Positions 45,701 through 55,200 of a DNA stretch of 64,000 nt are shown here, piece after piece. Below the pieces are notes generated by a model, which was not told the origin of the DNA, did no database searches, and saw only the letters and a list, made by a program, of their open reading frames with translations. How positions within the stretch are numbered: position 1 is the stretch's first letter; each line of letters begins with the position of its first letter. The stretch is from a virus (lineage: Duplodnaviria > Caudoviricetes), in the IMG/VR virus record IMGVR_UViG_3300042567_001420, one strand, 5' to 3'. Both the position numbers and the translations under genes were made by a program.

Positions 45701-48080
45701 AATTGCCATTAACAAATACATTTGAAGATGTTAAGTTTAAATTACCAGCTGCGCTTAATAATATATTGCTTGTGGATGTAAGTTCTGCAGAGCCTGAGCC
45801 GGTTGCAATAAATGTATTTGCTACAATATTGCCTGACACCAACACATTGGTTGTTGTTAAATTAATTGCACCTGCCGCAGTAATATTCAAATTGCCGGTA
45901 GATGTTATTGTTGCCGCTATTGCAGTAGGTGACAGAATTGTATTTGCAATTACATTACCTGCACTAATGTTACCGGTGTATGTTGTTAGGAATGAAGCAA
46001 CATTGGCATTGGCAAATGATGATGCAGGTGCTGCCCAAAATAAGTTGCCTGTACCATTTGTTTGTAGTACATAACCATTAATGCCATCGGTATGTGGCCA
46101 TGCCTGCCCATCTAATAAAATTCTGCCATTACCTGCCGCAGATAATTCTATGTTGGAATTTGAAGTGGTTGCAATTGTCAATACACCAACATTATCTATT
46201 ATTCCACCTGTCAATATTAAATTACCTGCAGCAAGATTGCCGGTGTATGTTGATAGGAATGATGCAACATTGGCGTTACTAAAACTACCACTTACCGGAT
46301 TTGCCGCAAGGTAAGCAGTAATATTTGATAAAACTCTGGCATTGGTATAGAAAATGCTATTGCCGGATTCAATTACGTTGGCCGTATATAGATTCAACCA
46401 AGTTGTTGCAGAAATATTACCCGCACTAATTAAATTGGCGCCTGTAAACGAACCACCGGAACCACTGCCTGTTATAATGTTATTGGCAACAATATTGCCC
46501 GATGCAATAACATTCGGAGATGTCAAATTAATTGCACCTAACGCAGTAATATTCAAATTACCTGTTGATGTTATTGTTGCAGCTATTGCTGTAGGTGAAA
46601 TAATTGTATTGGCAATAACATTGCCTGCAGTAATATTACCGGTGTATGTTGTTAGAAACGCACCTACATTTGCGTTACCATATGTACTAATTGCGGGATT
46701 TGCTGCCAAATATGCAATAACATTTGATACTACTCTGGCGTTGGTGTAATATAAATTGTTTAATTCCGCAACATTGGCTGTGGTTAAATCTACTACATTG
46801 GCTTTTAATCTTAAATTAGACTCAACTTGAGCATTAACTCTGGCATTTGTATAGAATAGATTGTTTGTACCTTCAGTAATACCATTTGTATTGCCTGAGA
46901 ATGATGATGCACCTACTCCCGTTAGAGAAGAACCATCACCAAAGAATTTTGTTGCGATTACATTACCAGATGCAATAACATTGCCGGAATTTAATGTAAT
47001 ATTTCCAGTGCCCGTGATATTAACATTACCGGTAGAAGATAATGTAGCAGAGCCTGTACCTACTGATATAAATGTATTTGCAATTAAATTACCGCTTGCA
47101 ATAACATTTGTGGAATTGATATTGACTGCACCTGCGGCAGTCATTGTAATGTTTCCAGTAGATGTAATCAACCCAGCAGATGCGCTTGCTGATATAAATC
47201 CATTTGCTATTACATTACCAGTAACATTTAGATTGCCTGTGATATTATTAACATTTACGGAAACGCCAGTCAAATTAGCAGAGATTTGACCATTAGCAGC
47301 GATAATAATGTTATTACCCTGTAATGACGGCATTAATGCTATAACATTGGATGCTACTCTGGCATTTGTATAGTATAAATTATTACCTTCAGCAACATTG
47401 GCAGTTGTTAAATCAACTACATTGGCCTTGGCAGCCAATAATGATACCACATTGGCAAAAACTCTGGCATTGGTAAAATAAAGATTACTTGCAGATTCTG
47501 TTACATTTGCAGTAAAAATTCCAGAATAACTATTTGCTGTTAAAGGTCCGTTAACAACAATACTTGATCCAGTTAAAGTAACGACGCCGGTTGCGGATAT
47601 TGATACGTTGCCGGTGGATGATAATAATCCAGAGCCTGGGCCGGTTGATATAAAAGTGTTGGCAATAACATTGCCAGTTGCGATAACATTTGTAGAGTTG
47701 ATATTGACTGCACCCGCAGCAGTCATGGTGATGTTGCCAGAGGATGAAATTAAGCCAGCAGAAGCACTTGTGGAAACGAAACCATTGGCAATTACATTGC
47801 CGCTAACATTCAAGTTGCCAGTAACAGAAGAAACACTTACCGCAGACAGGTTTGCTGAAATAAGACCATTTGCTGCAATAGAGATATTATCGCCGGCAAC
47901 AAGAGCGCCGATTGCCCTGGCGTTACTGAAATATACATTACCAGAACTTGTGTTTCCCGATTCAATAACATTACCGGTAAATATACTTTGGAAGGAAACA
48001 TTGCCGGTGTTGGCACCCAGCAATTGGCCGTTACTTCCTCCATTTCCACTGATTAAACTTACATCTATTTTGCGAGCCAT
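42717..48080 (-). CDS. Giant Asn/Thr/Gly-rich tail fiber (1787 aa)
   Basis: Repeated NLYYTNARV and FLTTYTGNISAGNV units; hydrophobic end AAVGYSLIFGG. Confidence 0.85.
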   Translation of the reverse strand: MARKIDVSLISGNGGSNGQLLGANTGNVSFQSIFTGNVIESGNTSSGNVYFSNARAIGALVAGDNISIAANGLISANLSAVSVSSVTGNLNVSGNVIANGFVSTSASAGLISSSGNITMTAAGAVNINSTNVIATGNVIANTFISTGPGSGLLSSTGNVSISATGVVTLTGSSIVVNGPLTANSYSGIFTANVTESASNLYFTNARVFANVVSLLAAKANVVDLTTANVAEGNNLYYTNARVASNVIALMPSLQGNNIIIAANGQISANLTGVSVNVNNITGNLNVTGNVIANGFISASASAGLITSTGNITMTAAGAVNINSTNVIASGNLIANTFISVGTGSATLSSTGNVNITGTGNITLNSGNVIASGNVIATKFFGDGSSLTGVGASSFSGNTNGITEGTNNLFYTNARVNAQVESNLRLKANVVDLTTANVAELNNLYYTNARVVSNVIAYLAANPAISTYGNANVGAFLTTYTGNITAGNVIANTIISPTAIAATITSTGNLNITALGAINLTSPNVIASGNIVANNIITGSGSGGSFTGANLISAGNISATTWLNLYTANVIESGNSIFYTNARVLSNITAYLAANPVSGSFSNANVASFLSTYTGNLAAGNLILTGGIIDNVGVLTIATTSNSNIELSAAGNGRILLDGQAWPHTDGINGYVLQTNGTGNLFWAAPASSFANANVASFLTTYTGNISAGNVIANTILSPTAIAATITSTGNLNITAAGAINLTTTNVLVSGNIVANTFIATGSGSAELTSTSNILLSAAGNLNLTSSNVFVNGNLVLRGALSGLTLTTSSIAEGSNLYYTNARVYSNVISALSALSTSNIAEGSNLYYTNARVVSNVIAYLAANPATVSFGNANVSSFLTTYTGNLSAGNVIANSFVSPTATSATLTSTGNLNITAAGTINLTTPNVLVSGNVVANNFISTGAGSGEVASTSNLLLSAAGNLNLTSSNVFVNGNLVLRGGITGLTLTTSSIAEGSNLYYTNARVLSNIEAALPTYTGNIAAGNLILTGGIIDNVGVLSISTTGNSNIELVANGTGRIILDGQAWPKTDGVTGYILQTNGTGNLFWAAPTASSSFSNANVASFLTTYTGNLSAGNIISNSFVSPTATSATLTSTGNLNITAVGTINLTTPNVLVSGNIVANTFISAGAGSGEIVSTSNLLLSAAGNLNLTAPNVFVNGNLVLRGGLTGLTLTTSSIAEGSNLYYTNARVYSNVIGVLSSYALTANLNTANVNENAASGNLYYTNARVLSNVTAYLTANPIISNFGNANVGAFLTTYTGNINAGNVIANTVISPFATSGTLNSTGNLNIVSGDTINLTANTVLASGNIVANTFTATGTGSAELSTSSNLLLSATGNLNLAGGNIFVNSPITFRGTVTGIASASVTQANLTTANVTELNNLYYTNARVVSNVIAYLAANPQGGTYGNANVAAYLLTNPTSGSYSNANVSAFLTTYTGNISAGNVIANTVISPSATSGTLNSTGNLNIIAQNNTINLTASNVLASGNIIANTFIATGTGSAELSTSSNLLLSATGNLNLAGGNIFVNSPITFRGTVTGISAGGSVTQANLTTANVAELASSGNLYYTNARVVSNVIAYLAANPQGSQFANANVAAFLITYTGNINTGNVIANAFYANGTGAAGGTIFSAGNVNITSGGNIILATGANSSVVTLSSGNTAGIINGFGDLTISTSGNILLSPQSTGRVQASTPIRFANYSNTNALATALQGDTVYNTTANALVVYTSSGWTTVGSGGAGGSAAAAVGYSLIFGG

Positions 48081-48108
48081 CTCTTGACCTTTTTATTGTT
48101 ATCTACTA

Positions 48109-48116
48109 TATTTATT
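48109..48116 (-). promoter_or_regulatory. Late promoter variant AATAAATA
   Basis: Intergenic, 28 nt upstream of the fiber start. Confidence 0.5.
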
Positions 48117-48133
48117 GCCAACGATTATTCTAC

Positions 48134-49126
48134 TTAAAACGTAATGGATCCTGAACTGGTCCATTGATATATTCTATATCCGCCGGATACTATTACGTTA
48201 GGTGACCCTGTTGTACTTGTTGCTGATGAAAATGTATCTGCATAGCGGATGATTACAGTACCAGAACCTCCGGAACCAGCTATACCAGTTGTCCATCCTA
48301 AACCTCCACCACCACCGCCGGTATTTACGTTGCCAGATGTTGCACTTGCTGTTCCACTAGCCGCCATAACGCCTGCACCACCACCTCCGGAACCACCATT
48401 TCCAGCAGTAGAGCCACCTTCACCGCCACCGCCACCGCCACCAGCATAATAAGTTGCAGTCCCGGTAATAGAACTAACTGCACCAATGCCGCCATTGCCA
48501 CCTGTTCCCGGAGAAGTACCATTTCCGTTTGCACCGACACCTCCCGCTCCGCCACCGCCACCAGCAACATAAATTGTATTAGGACTAGTTCCGCGTGTTC
48601 CCGAACCACCATTATTACCTTGTCCTGCAGTACCTGTTCCACCAGCAATAGTTGTAAAAGAAGCAGCAGAAGAACCACCGCCACCAGAACCGCCATTAGC
48701 GCCAACTGAAACATATGCGCCACCACCGCCGCCGCCTATTGCTGTTACCGTAGTAAATCCAGAACCAGATATACTTGAGTTAGCACCAGAAGCGGCTCGA
48801 TTATTTGTTTGAGTTTGTGTTCCTTGTATTCCAACACCACCTGCGCCAACTGTTATTGTGTATGTAACACTAACGGCTACGTTTGCCGTATTAGTTAGTA
48901 ATCCACCTGCTCCGCCGCCGCCTCCGTCTGCTGAACCTCCTGCTCCTCCGCCAGCAACTACTAGATATTCTACCGTTGAAGTTGGAACAGGTGGCGGGGG
49001 CGGTTCTCCTGCAACTAAAATATTAACACTGACTTTTTGTCTTGCAATGGCACGAAAATTGTTCGCAGATGCAGAAAACTTTTGTGTAGTACTAACTTTT
49101 GCAGCACTATACTTCCGTAAGGTCAT
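48134..49126 (-). CDS. Glycine-rich putative adhesin with distinct basic N-terminus
   Basis: MTLRKYS leader, EPPPPPVP linker, VEYLVVAGGG, GGYRIYQWTSSGSITF. Confidence 0.8.
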   Translation of the reverse strand: MTLRKYSAAKVSTTQKFSASANNFRAIARQKVSVNILVAGEPPPPPVPTSTVEYLVVAGGGAGGSADGGGGGAGGLLTNTANVAVSVTYTITVGAGGVGIQGTQTQTNNRAASGANSSISGSGFTTVTAIGGGGGGAYVSVGANGGSGGGGSSAASFTTIAGGTGTAGQGNNGGSGTRGTSPNTIYVAGGGGGAGGVGANGNGTSPGTGGNGGIGAVSSITGTATYYAGGGGGGGEGGSTAGNGGSGGGGAGVMAASGTASATSGNVNTGGGGGGLGWTTGIAGSGGSGTVIIRYADTFSSATSTTGSPNVIVSGGYRIYQWTSSGSITF

Positions 49127-49455
49127 TAGGTAACCTCAGTGCCGAACAGATTAAAACTAATATTTGTGGTATTTGCATATACTGTTACAACGTCTGTGGC
49201 AGCCAATGTTACACCGATTGTTAGCGATATTGAATCCAAAGCAGGAACAGTTGCATCAAAGGCAATATAATGTTTGTTTGCCAGCGTTTCACCTGCAGGT
49301 CTTACTGCAATGCGATATGCTGCTGCACTGGCATTTTGATTACAAACTGATATTGTAGAAGTAACTGCACTTGTGCCCGACGGAACAGTATACAGTGTAT
49401 TTGCTGTACCTGCTGAAGGACTGATCTGTCCCAATACTTTATATGTTATCGCCAT
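49126..49455 (-). CDS. Small fiber-associated protein (~110-aa paralog family)
   Basis: YKVLGQ..P......TLYTVP...AV.STISVCN...GVTLAATDVVTV...FGTE. Confidence 0.72.
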   Translation of the reverse strand: MAITYKVLGQISPSAGTANTLYTVPSGTSAVTSTISVCNQNASAAAYRIAVRPAGETLANKHYIAFDATVPALDSISLTIGVTLAATDVVTVYANTTNISFNLFGTEVT

Positions 49456-49464
49456 TTTTATCTC

Positions 49465-49824
49465 TTATTCTGTTGTTGTAACAACTTCTACCCAATTTTG
49501 AACTTCTTCGTTCCATGCATAAATTTTATCATCATCTGGTTTTGCTATAGGTGCTTCCCATAAGCAAGTATTTTCATTTAATACCCAAGAATTAAATGGT
49601 GTTGGTGGTATAAATGCATCTCTTGTTGCATCATACCTATAACCAATACCAGCATAATTTTTTCGTAATGGAGTACCCCCATTGATGTGAACGCCTGCAT
49701 GAGTGTTATAGCTTGTTTGTACCCAGCTTGCGGGATCACCAAACAAACCAGTATCAATTACATCTTGCTCGACAACGATAACCTGTGTAACGATACCGTT
49801 TTCTACTTTTGCGAAATGGCTCAT
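49465..49824 (-). CDS. Conserved tail-associated hypothetical protein
   Basis: MSHFAKVENGIVTQVIV, WVQTSYN, RKNYAGIGY.YD...DAFIPP, WEAP motifs; usually found next to Gly-rich genes. Confidence 0.75.
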   Translation of the reverse strand: MSHFAKVENGIVTQVIVVEQDVIDTGLFGDPASWVQTSYNTHAGVHINGGTPLRKNYAGIGYRYDATRDAFIPPTPFNSWVLNENTCLWEAPIAKPDDDKIYAWNEEVQNWVEVVTTTE

Positions 49825-49848
49825 TTTAAAAAACTCCTATTTTCCTGT

Positions 49849-49856
49849 TATTTATC
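49849..49856 (-). promoter_or_regulatory. Late promoter variant GATAAATA
   Basis: One mismatch; upstream of 49824. Confidence 0.45.
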
Positions 49857-50814
49857 AGAATGTTATTGAACCGGATGAGGTAAATTGATATATTCTATAT
49901 CCGCCAGATACTGTTACGTTAGGTGAACCTGTTGTAGCTGTTGCTGCATTATATGTATCTGCATAGCGAAGGATTACAATTCCAGAACCACCAGCACCGC
50001 CAGAAAATCTTGATCCTGAATAAGCACCGCCACCACCACCCCCACCTCCAGAATTAGTGCCGCCGGCGCCACCGGCGCCACCGGTTGTTCCACTTGCTCC
50101 TCCGTTACTTCCGCCTGCACCGGATAATCCTGAACCAGAAGAACCTCCCCCACCTCCCCCCCCACCGCCGCCGCCGCCAGCAGAAAGTCTATAACCGCTA
50201 CCGCCACCGCCGCCAGCATAATATGTTGCAGTTCCGGAAATATCAGTTGATGTACCGGAACCGCCGGTACCGCCAGTAGGGGATGCACTTGCAGGCCCCG
50301 CATTACCTCCAACAGTATTAGAGCCACCTCCACCTCCACCAGCACCATCGATAGAACCATTTAATCCACCTCCACCATTATTGCCTTGACTAGGTGATGT
50401 TGATGGCGTGTTTCCTGCACCGCCTGTTGTTGGTATAGTAGGAGATAAACCGTAACCTGTACCACCACCGGATCCACCAGAAGCGCCATTTAATCCAACT
50501 GAGGTAGTTCCATAACCCCCGCCAGTTGAGGTAATATCTCCAAATACAGAATTTGATCCCGAAATACCGTTGCCTCCGCCAGAGCCACCGGACCCACCAC
50601 CGCCAACGGTAACAGTAATAGCAGAACCAGATGTTACAGAGTAACCAGCCGCAGTTCTGTACCCACCAGCACCGCCACCGCCACCATCAGAGCCACCACC
50701 ACCTCCACCAGCAACTACTAGATATTCAACTGTTGGGGTAGGAGAAGGAGGAGGCGGAGTAATTGTTAGGGCTACCCCTGATCCGATTGAGATACCATTG
50801 AATGAAATTGCCAT
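49855..50814 (-). CDS. Glycine-rich putative adhesin
   Basis: MAISFNG anchor + PPPPSPTP; same core and C-terminus as 32331 and 48134. Confidence 0.8.
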   Translation of the reverse strand: MAISFNGISIGSGVALTITPPPPSPTPTVEYLVVAGGGGGGSDGGGGGAGGYRTAAGYSVTSGSAITVTVGGGGSGGSGGGNGISGSNSVFGDITSTGGGYGTTSVGLNGASGGSGGGTGYGLSPTIPTTGGAGNTPSTSPSQGNNGGGGLNGSIDGAGGGGGGSNTVGGNAGPASASPTGGTGGSGTSTDISGTATYYAGGGGGSGYRLSAGGGGGGGGGGGGSSGSGLSGAGGSNGGASGTTGGAGGAGGTNSGGGGGGGGAYSGSRFSGGAGGSGIVILRYADTYNAATATTGSPNVTVSGGYRIYQFTSSGSITF

Positions 50815-50829
50815 TTTTTTACTTTTAAT

Positions 50830-51948
50830 TTATGACGAGATTGCAGTTGAATGTCTATATCCTGCAGAAACATTCAACCAATTAGTTAAAGCACCAATTT
50901 GTACTGGACTAGATCTATTTGTGGTATTACCTTGACCTAATTGACCGTAGCTATTACCGCCCCATGACCACAGTGTACCGTCGGTTTTAACTGCCGTAGT
51001 ATGGAATTGTCCCGCATCAATTTTTGACCAAGTAGTCAATGCTCCAACTTGTACAGGGCTAAATATATCAGTAGTATTACCTAAACCCAATCGGCCTGTC
51101 TCGCCTGAACCCCAAGCCCATAATGTACCATCTGTTTTAATGGCTACATTATGCTGATATGCTGCTTCTATAATTGACCAATTGGTCAACGCACCAACTT
51201 GTGCTGGACTAGAACCACCGCCCGATCCTCCATCTTGTCCTGCATTGTTTCTACCCCAAGCCCACAATGTACCATTGGTTTTAATGGCAATCGTATGATG
51301 GTCTCCGCTAGTACAGCGCAACCAATTATTTAATGCGCCAACTTGCACAGGACTAGATCTATAAAATGTATTGCCCTGGCCCAACTGCCCATAAAAATTA
51401 TTTCCCCATGACCACAGGGTACCATCGGTTTTTACGGCAAACGACGATGAACCGCCGGTGCCAATACTCGCCCACGTGGTTAATGCGCCAACTTGTTTGG
51501 GACTTGAATATGCTGTAGTATTACCGAAGCCAAGTTGTCCCGAGCCATTGGTTCCCCATGCCCACATGGTGCCATCTGTTTTTATAGCCAAACTATGCTC
51601 GCGGCCGCTGGCCAGACTACTCCAACCGGTTAATGCGCCAACTTGTACTGGACTAGATCTTGCGGTTGTAGTATTATCCCCCAATTGTCCACTGGCGTTA
51701 TTACCCCAACTCCATAATGTACCATCTGTTTTTATAGCTGTATTATGATACCCACCGCCAGCAACACTTAACCAATTACCCAGGGCACCAATTTGCGTGG
51801 GGCTCGATCTATTTGTGGTATCTCCCACGCCCAATCTCCCGTGGTAATTTACTCCCCATGACCATAAGTAAAATTCTGGTGGCGGAGGCAGATCAGGTGT
51901 CTCGTATGAAAATGTTCCACCAAATGTTAGATTTTGAAATGTGATCAT
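50830..51948 (-). CDS. RCC1/BLIP-II beta-propeller protein
   Basis: Seven repeats; MITFQN anchor + PPPPEF. Confidence 0.9.
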   Translation of the reverse strand: MITFQNLTFGGTFSYETPDLPPPPEFYLWSWGVNYHGRLGVGDTTNRSSPTQIGALGNWLSVAGGGYHNTAIKTDGTLWSWGNNASGQLGDNTTTARSSPVQVGALTGWSSLASGREHSLAIKTDGTMWAWGTNGSGQLGFGNTTAYSSPKQVGALTTWASIGTGGSSSFAVKTDGTLWSWGNNFYGQLGQGNTFYRSSPVQVGALNNWLRCTSGDHHTIAIKTNGTLWAWGRNNAGQDGGSGGGSSPAQVGALTNWSIIEAAYQHNVAIKTDGTLWAWGSGETGRLGLGNTTDIFSPVQVGALTTWSKIDAGQFHTTAVKTDGTLWSWGGNSYGQLGQGNTTNRSSPVQIGALTNWLNVSAGYRHSTAISS

Positions 51949-51957
51949 GTTTTTATA

Positions 51958-52287
51958 TTACTTATTCTCTGATCCAAATACGCTGAAACTAACATTGGAT
52001 GTATTTGCAGAAACTGTTACCACATCCGTTGCAGCTAAAGTTATACCAGCAGTAATGCCCAATGATTCATTTCCGGCAAGTGAAGTATTGAATGAGAAAT
52101 AATGTTTGGAAGCCAGGGTCTCGCCAGCGGGTCTTATGGCAATACTAAATGTTGCAGACGAGGTTGAATAGTTGCAAACATTTAGAGTAGATATTACTGC
52201 ACTGGTATCAGAGGGAACCGAATACAATGTGGTATTTGTATTCCCTGCTGGATTTGATTGACCAAGAACTTTAAATTGTAAAGCCAT
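51958..52287 (-). CDS. Small fiber-associated protein (~110-aa paralog family)
   Basis: Close paralog of 49126..49455; follows fiber 52298. Confidence 0.72.
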   Translation of the reverse strand: MALQFKVLGQSNPAGNTNTTLYSVPSDTSAVISTLNVCNYSTSSATFSIAIRPAGETLASKHYFSFNTSLAGNESLGITAGITLAATDVVTVSANTSNVSFSVFGSENK

Positions 52288-52297
52288 ATTTTTATTC

Positions 52298-55200
52298 TCA
52301 CAATCCTGCTAATAAGAACGGATTAAACGTCTGTGTTGTTATTGCCTCATTACCGAAGAATTTAACTTCAATTGTAGAGTTTGGTGATGGAGTGGGAATC
52401 AATGTTAATATTGTTCCTGATACTGTGTAGTCCGTAGTAGGAATCTGAACCAATCCGTCTATGGTAACAATGATACGTCTTGCTAACGATACAGAAGTGC
52501 CCAATGTTATATTTGCATTACCACCTGCGAATGTTTGACTATCTGTAATAGCATGTACGCCACCGCTGATTAAACCATTGGCTGCAAGAGTTATACCTTC
52601 ACCTGCGGTCAACGCAGATACCACACGGGCATTTGTGAAATATAAGTTACTACCAACTTCTGCAACATTGGCAGTTGTCAGCCCAACAATAGCTGTTGCG
52701 AATACTGTTGCACTTACGTTGGCTGAAATTCTACCGTTCGCTTCAATTGTAATATTGTTTCCAGCCAATGTTGGTAACAATGCAATAACATTAGAGTAAA
52801 CTCTGGTGTTTGTGTAATATAAATTATTTGTGCCTTCAGTAATACCATTTGTATTACCTGTAAATGATGATGCACCTACACCCGTTAAAGATGAACCATC
52901 ACCAAAGAATTTTGTTGCAGTTACATTGCCAGTTGCTACAATATTGCTTGAATTTAAATTAATATTGGCCGCAGTTATGCTAACATTGCTTGCTGCATTG
53001 ATATTAAAATTACTGGTAGACGTTATCGAACCTGTACCTGTAGCAGTTGATATGAATGTATTAGAATATACGTTGCCCGTTAATATAATATTTCCACCAG
53101 AAACAATATTAAAGTCACCGGTTGCCGTTAATGTACCTGTACCGGTTGCTGCAGCAATAAAGCTATTGGCAATAACGTTGCCTGCATTAATGTTACCGGT
53201 ATATGTTGTTAGGAATGCACCTACATTTGCGTTACCATATGTGCTAATTACTGGATTGGCCGCAAGATACGCAATAACATTAGATACCACGCGAGCATTT
53301 GAGTAATATAAATTGCCGCCAAATTCATTTACGTTGGCTGTGTTTAAGCCTGTAACCGAACTTGCGTTCAATGTCGTTGTAGATGAAATCTGACCATTTC
53401 CGCTGATTGATATACCAGAACCTGCGGACAATGCAGAAACAACTCTTGCATTTGTAAAATATAAATTACCGCTTGTTTCAATAACATTAGCAGTATATAA
53501 ACCAACCCAGTTTACAGCTGTAATGGTATTTGTGCTAATTAGGTTAGCCTCCGTAATAGAGCCACCTGTTCCGCCACCTACAATAGTGTTCGCAAAAATA
53601 ACGCTAGCAGAAATATTATTTGCGCTAATTAAATTAGCACCCGTAATAGAACCGCCTAAGCCTTGGCCTGCAATAATCGCATTAGCATTAATATTGCCCG
53701 CATTAATATTGCCGGTATACGTTGTTAGGAATGCACCTACATTGGCATTACCAAATGTTCCGCCCTGTGGATTTGCTGCAAGATATGCCGTAACATTTGA
53801 TAATACTCTGGCATTTGTGTAATATAAATTACTATTTGATTCGGATACGTTAGCAGTGGTCAAGCCAACAATGGATAAAACATTTACTGTTGCACTAGCT
53901 GTAGCAGAAATTCTACCATTTGCGGCAATTGTAATATTATCGCCGGCCAAGGATGGTAAGAATCCTATAACATTTGATTGAACTCTTGCATTTGTAAAAT
54001 ATAAATTACCACTTGTTTCAATTACGTTGGCTGTGTATAAACCAATCCAATTTACTGAAGAAATGTTATTTGTGCTGATCAAATTAGCACCAGTAACAGA
54101 ACCTCCAGAGCCACCACCAATAATGGTGTTTGCAGTAATAACACTTGCAGAAATATTATTTGCGCTAATTAAATTAGCACCAGTAATAGAACCACCTAAA
54201 CCAGTTCCCGAAATAATCGCATTAGCAATTACATTGCCTGCACTAATGTTACCAGTATATGTTGTTAGGAAAGCCCCAACATTGGCATTGCCATAAGTAC
54301 TAATTACCGGATTTGCTGCAAGGTAAGCGGTAACATTTGACAATACTCTGGCATTTGAATAATATAAATTGCCACCAAATTCATTTACGTTGGCTGTGTT
54401 TAAGCCTGTAACAGAACTTGCGTTTACTGTTGCTGTAGATGATATTTGGCCGTTTGCAGATAATGAAATACCTGAGCCTGCGGACAATGCAGAAACAACT
54501 CTGGCATTTGTAAAATATAAATTACCACTGGTTTCAATAACATTCGCAGTATATAAATTGTGCCATGTTGTTGATGAAATTCTTCCCGCAGTAACATTTC
54601 CAGTTGTTACGATATTGTTTGAATTTAAATTAATGTTACTTGCTGTTATATTAACATTGCCGGCAGCATTAATATTAAAGTCGGATGTTGATGCAATTGA
54701 TCCAGAGCCTGTTGCGGTAGATATAAATGTATTGGCAAAAACATTACCTGTTAATCTAATGTTGCCGCCGGAAACAATATTAAAATCGCCAGTGGCGTTT
54801 AATGTACCTGTACCTGGTGCAGTAGATATAAAACTATTTGCAATTACATTACCAGCACTAATATTACCGGTATACGTTGTTAGGAAAGCGCTCACATTAG
54901 CTGTGCCAAATGTGCCAACTTGCGGATTTGCTTCAAGATATGCAGTAACATTCGATAACACACGAGCATTTGTATAATATAAATTGCTATTTGATTCTGA
55001 TACGTTAGCTGTGTTCAAACCTACAACTGAACTTGCGTTTACTGTTGTTGTGGATGAAATTTGTCCGTTACCGCTAATTGCAATACCGGAACCAGCTGAC
55101 AATGCAGAAACAACTCTGGCATTTGTAAAATACAAATTACCACTGGTTTCAATTACATTTGCTGTGTATAGTCCAAGCCAATTTACAGATGAAATATTAT

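Noticed and set aside
7899-51948. CRISPR-like periodic repeats (~150-nt period with conserved 20-30-mers)
   Set aside because: The repeats lie in frame within long intact ORFs encoding RCC1 blades; there are no cas genes or leader.
24278-51948. Shufflon or invertible tail-fiber cassette
   Set aside because: All paralogs are in the same orientation, each has its own start and stop, and no invertase or flanking inverted sites were seen.
7899-51948. Eukaryotic or giant-virus origin because of RCC1 repeats
   Set aside because: Flanking genes (gp61 primase, spanins, sigma70 and gp55-type promoters, SD sites) are clearly bacteriophage, and there are no introns.
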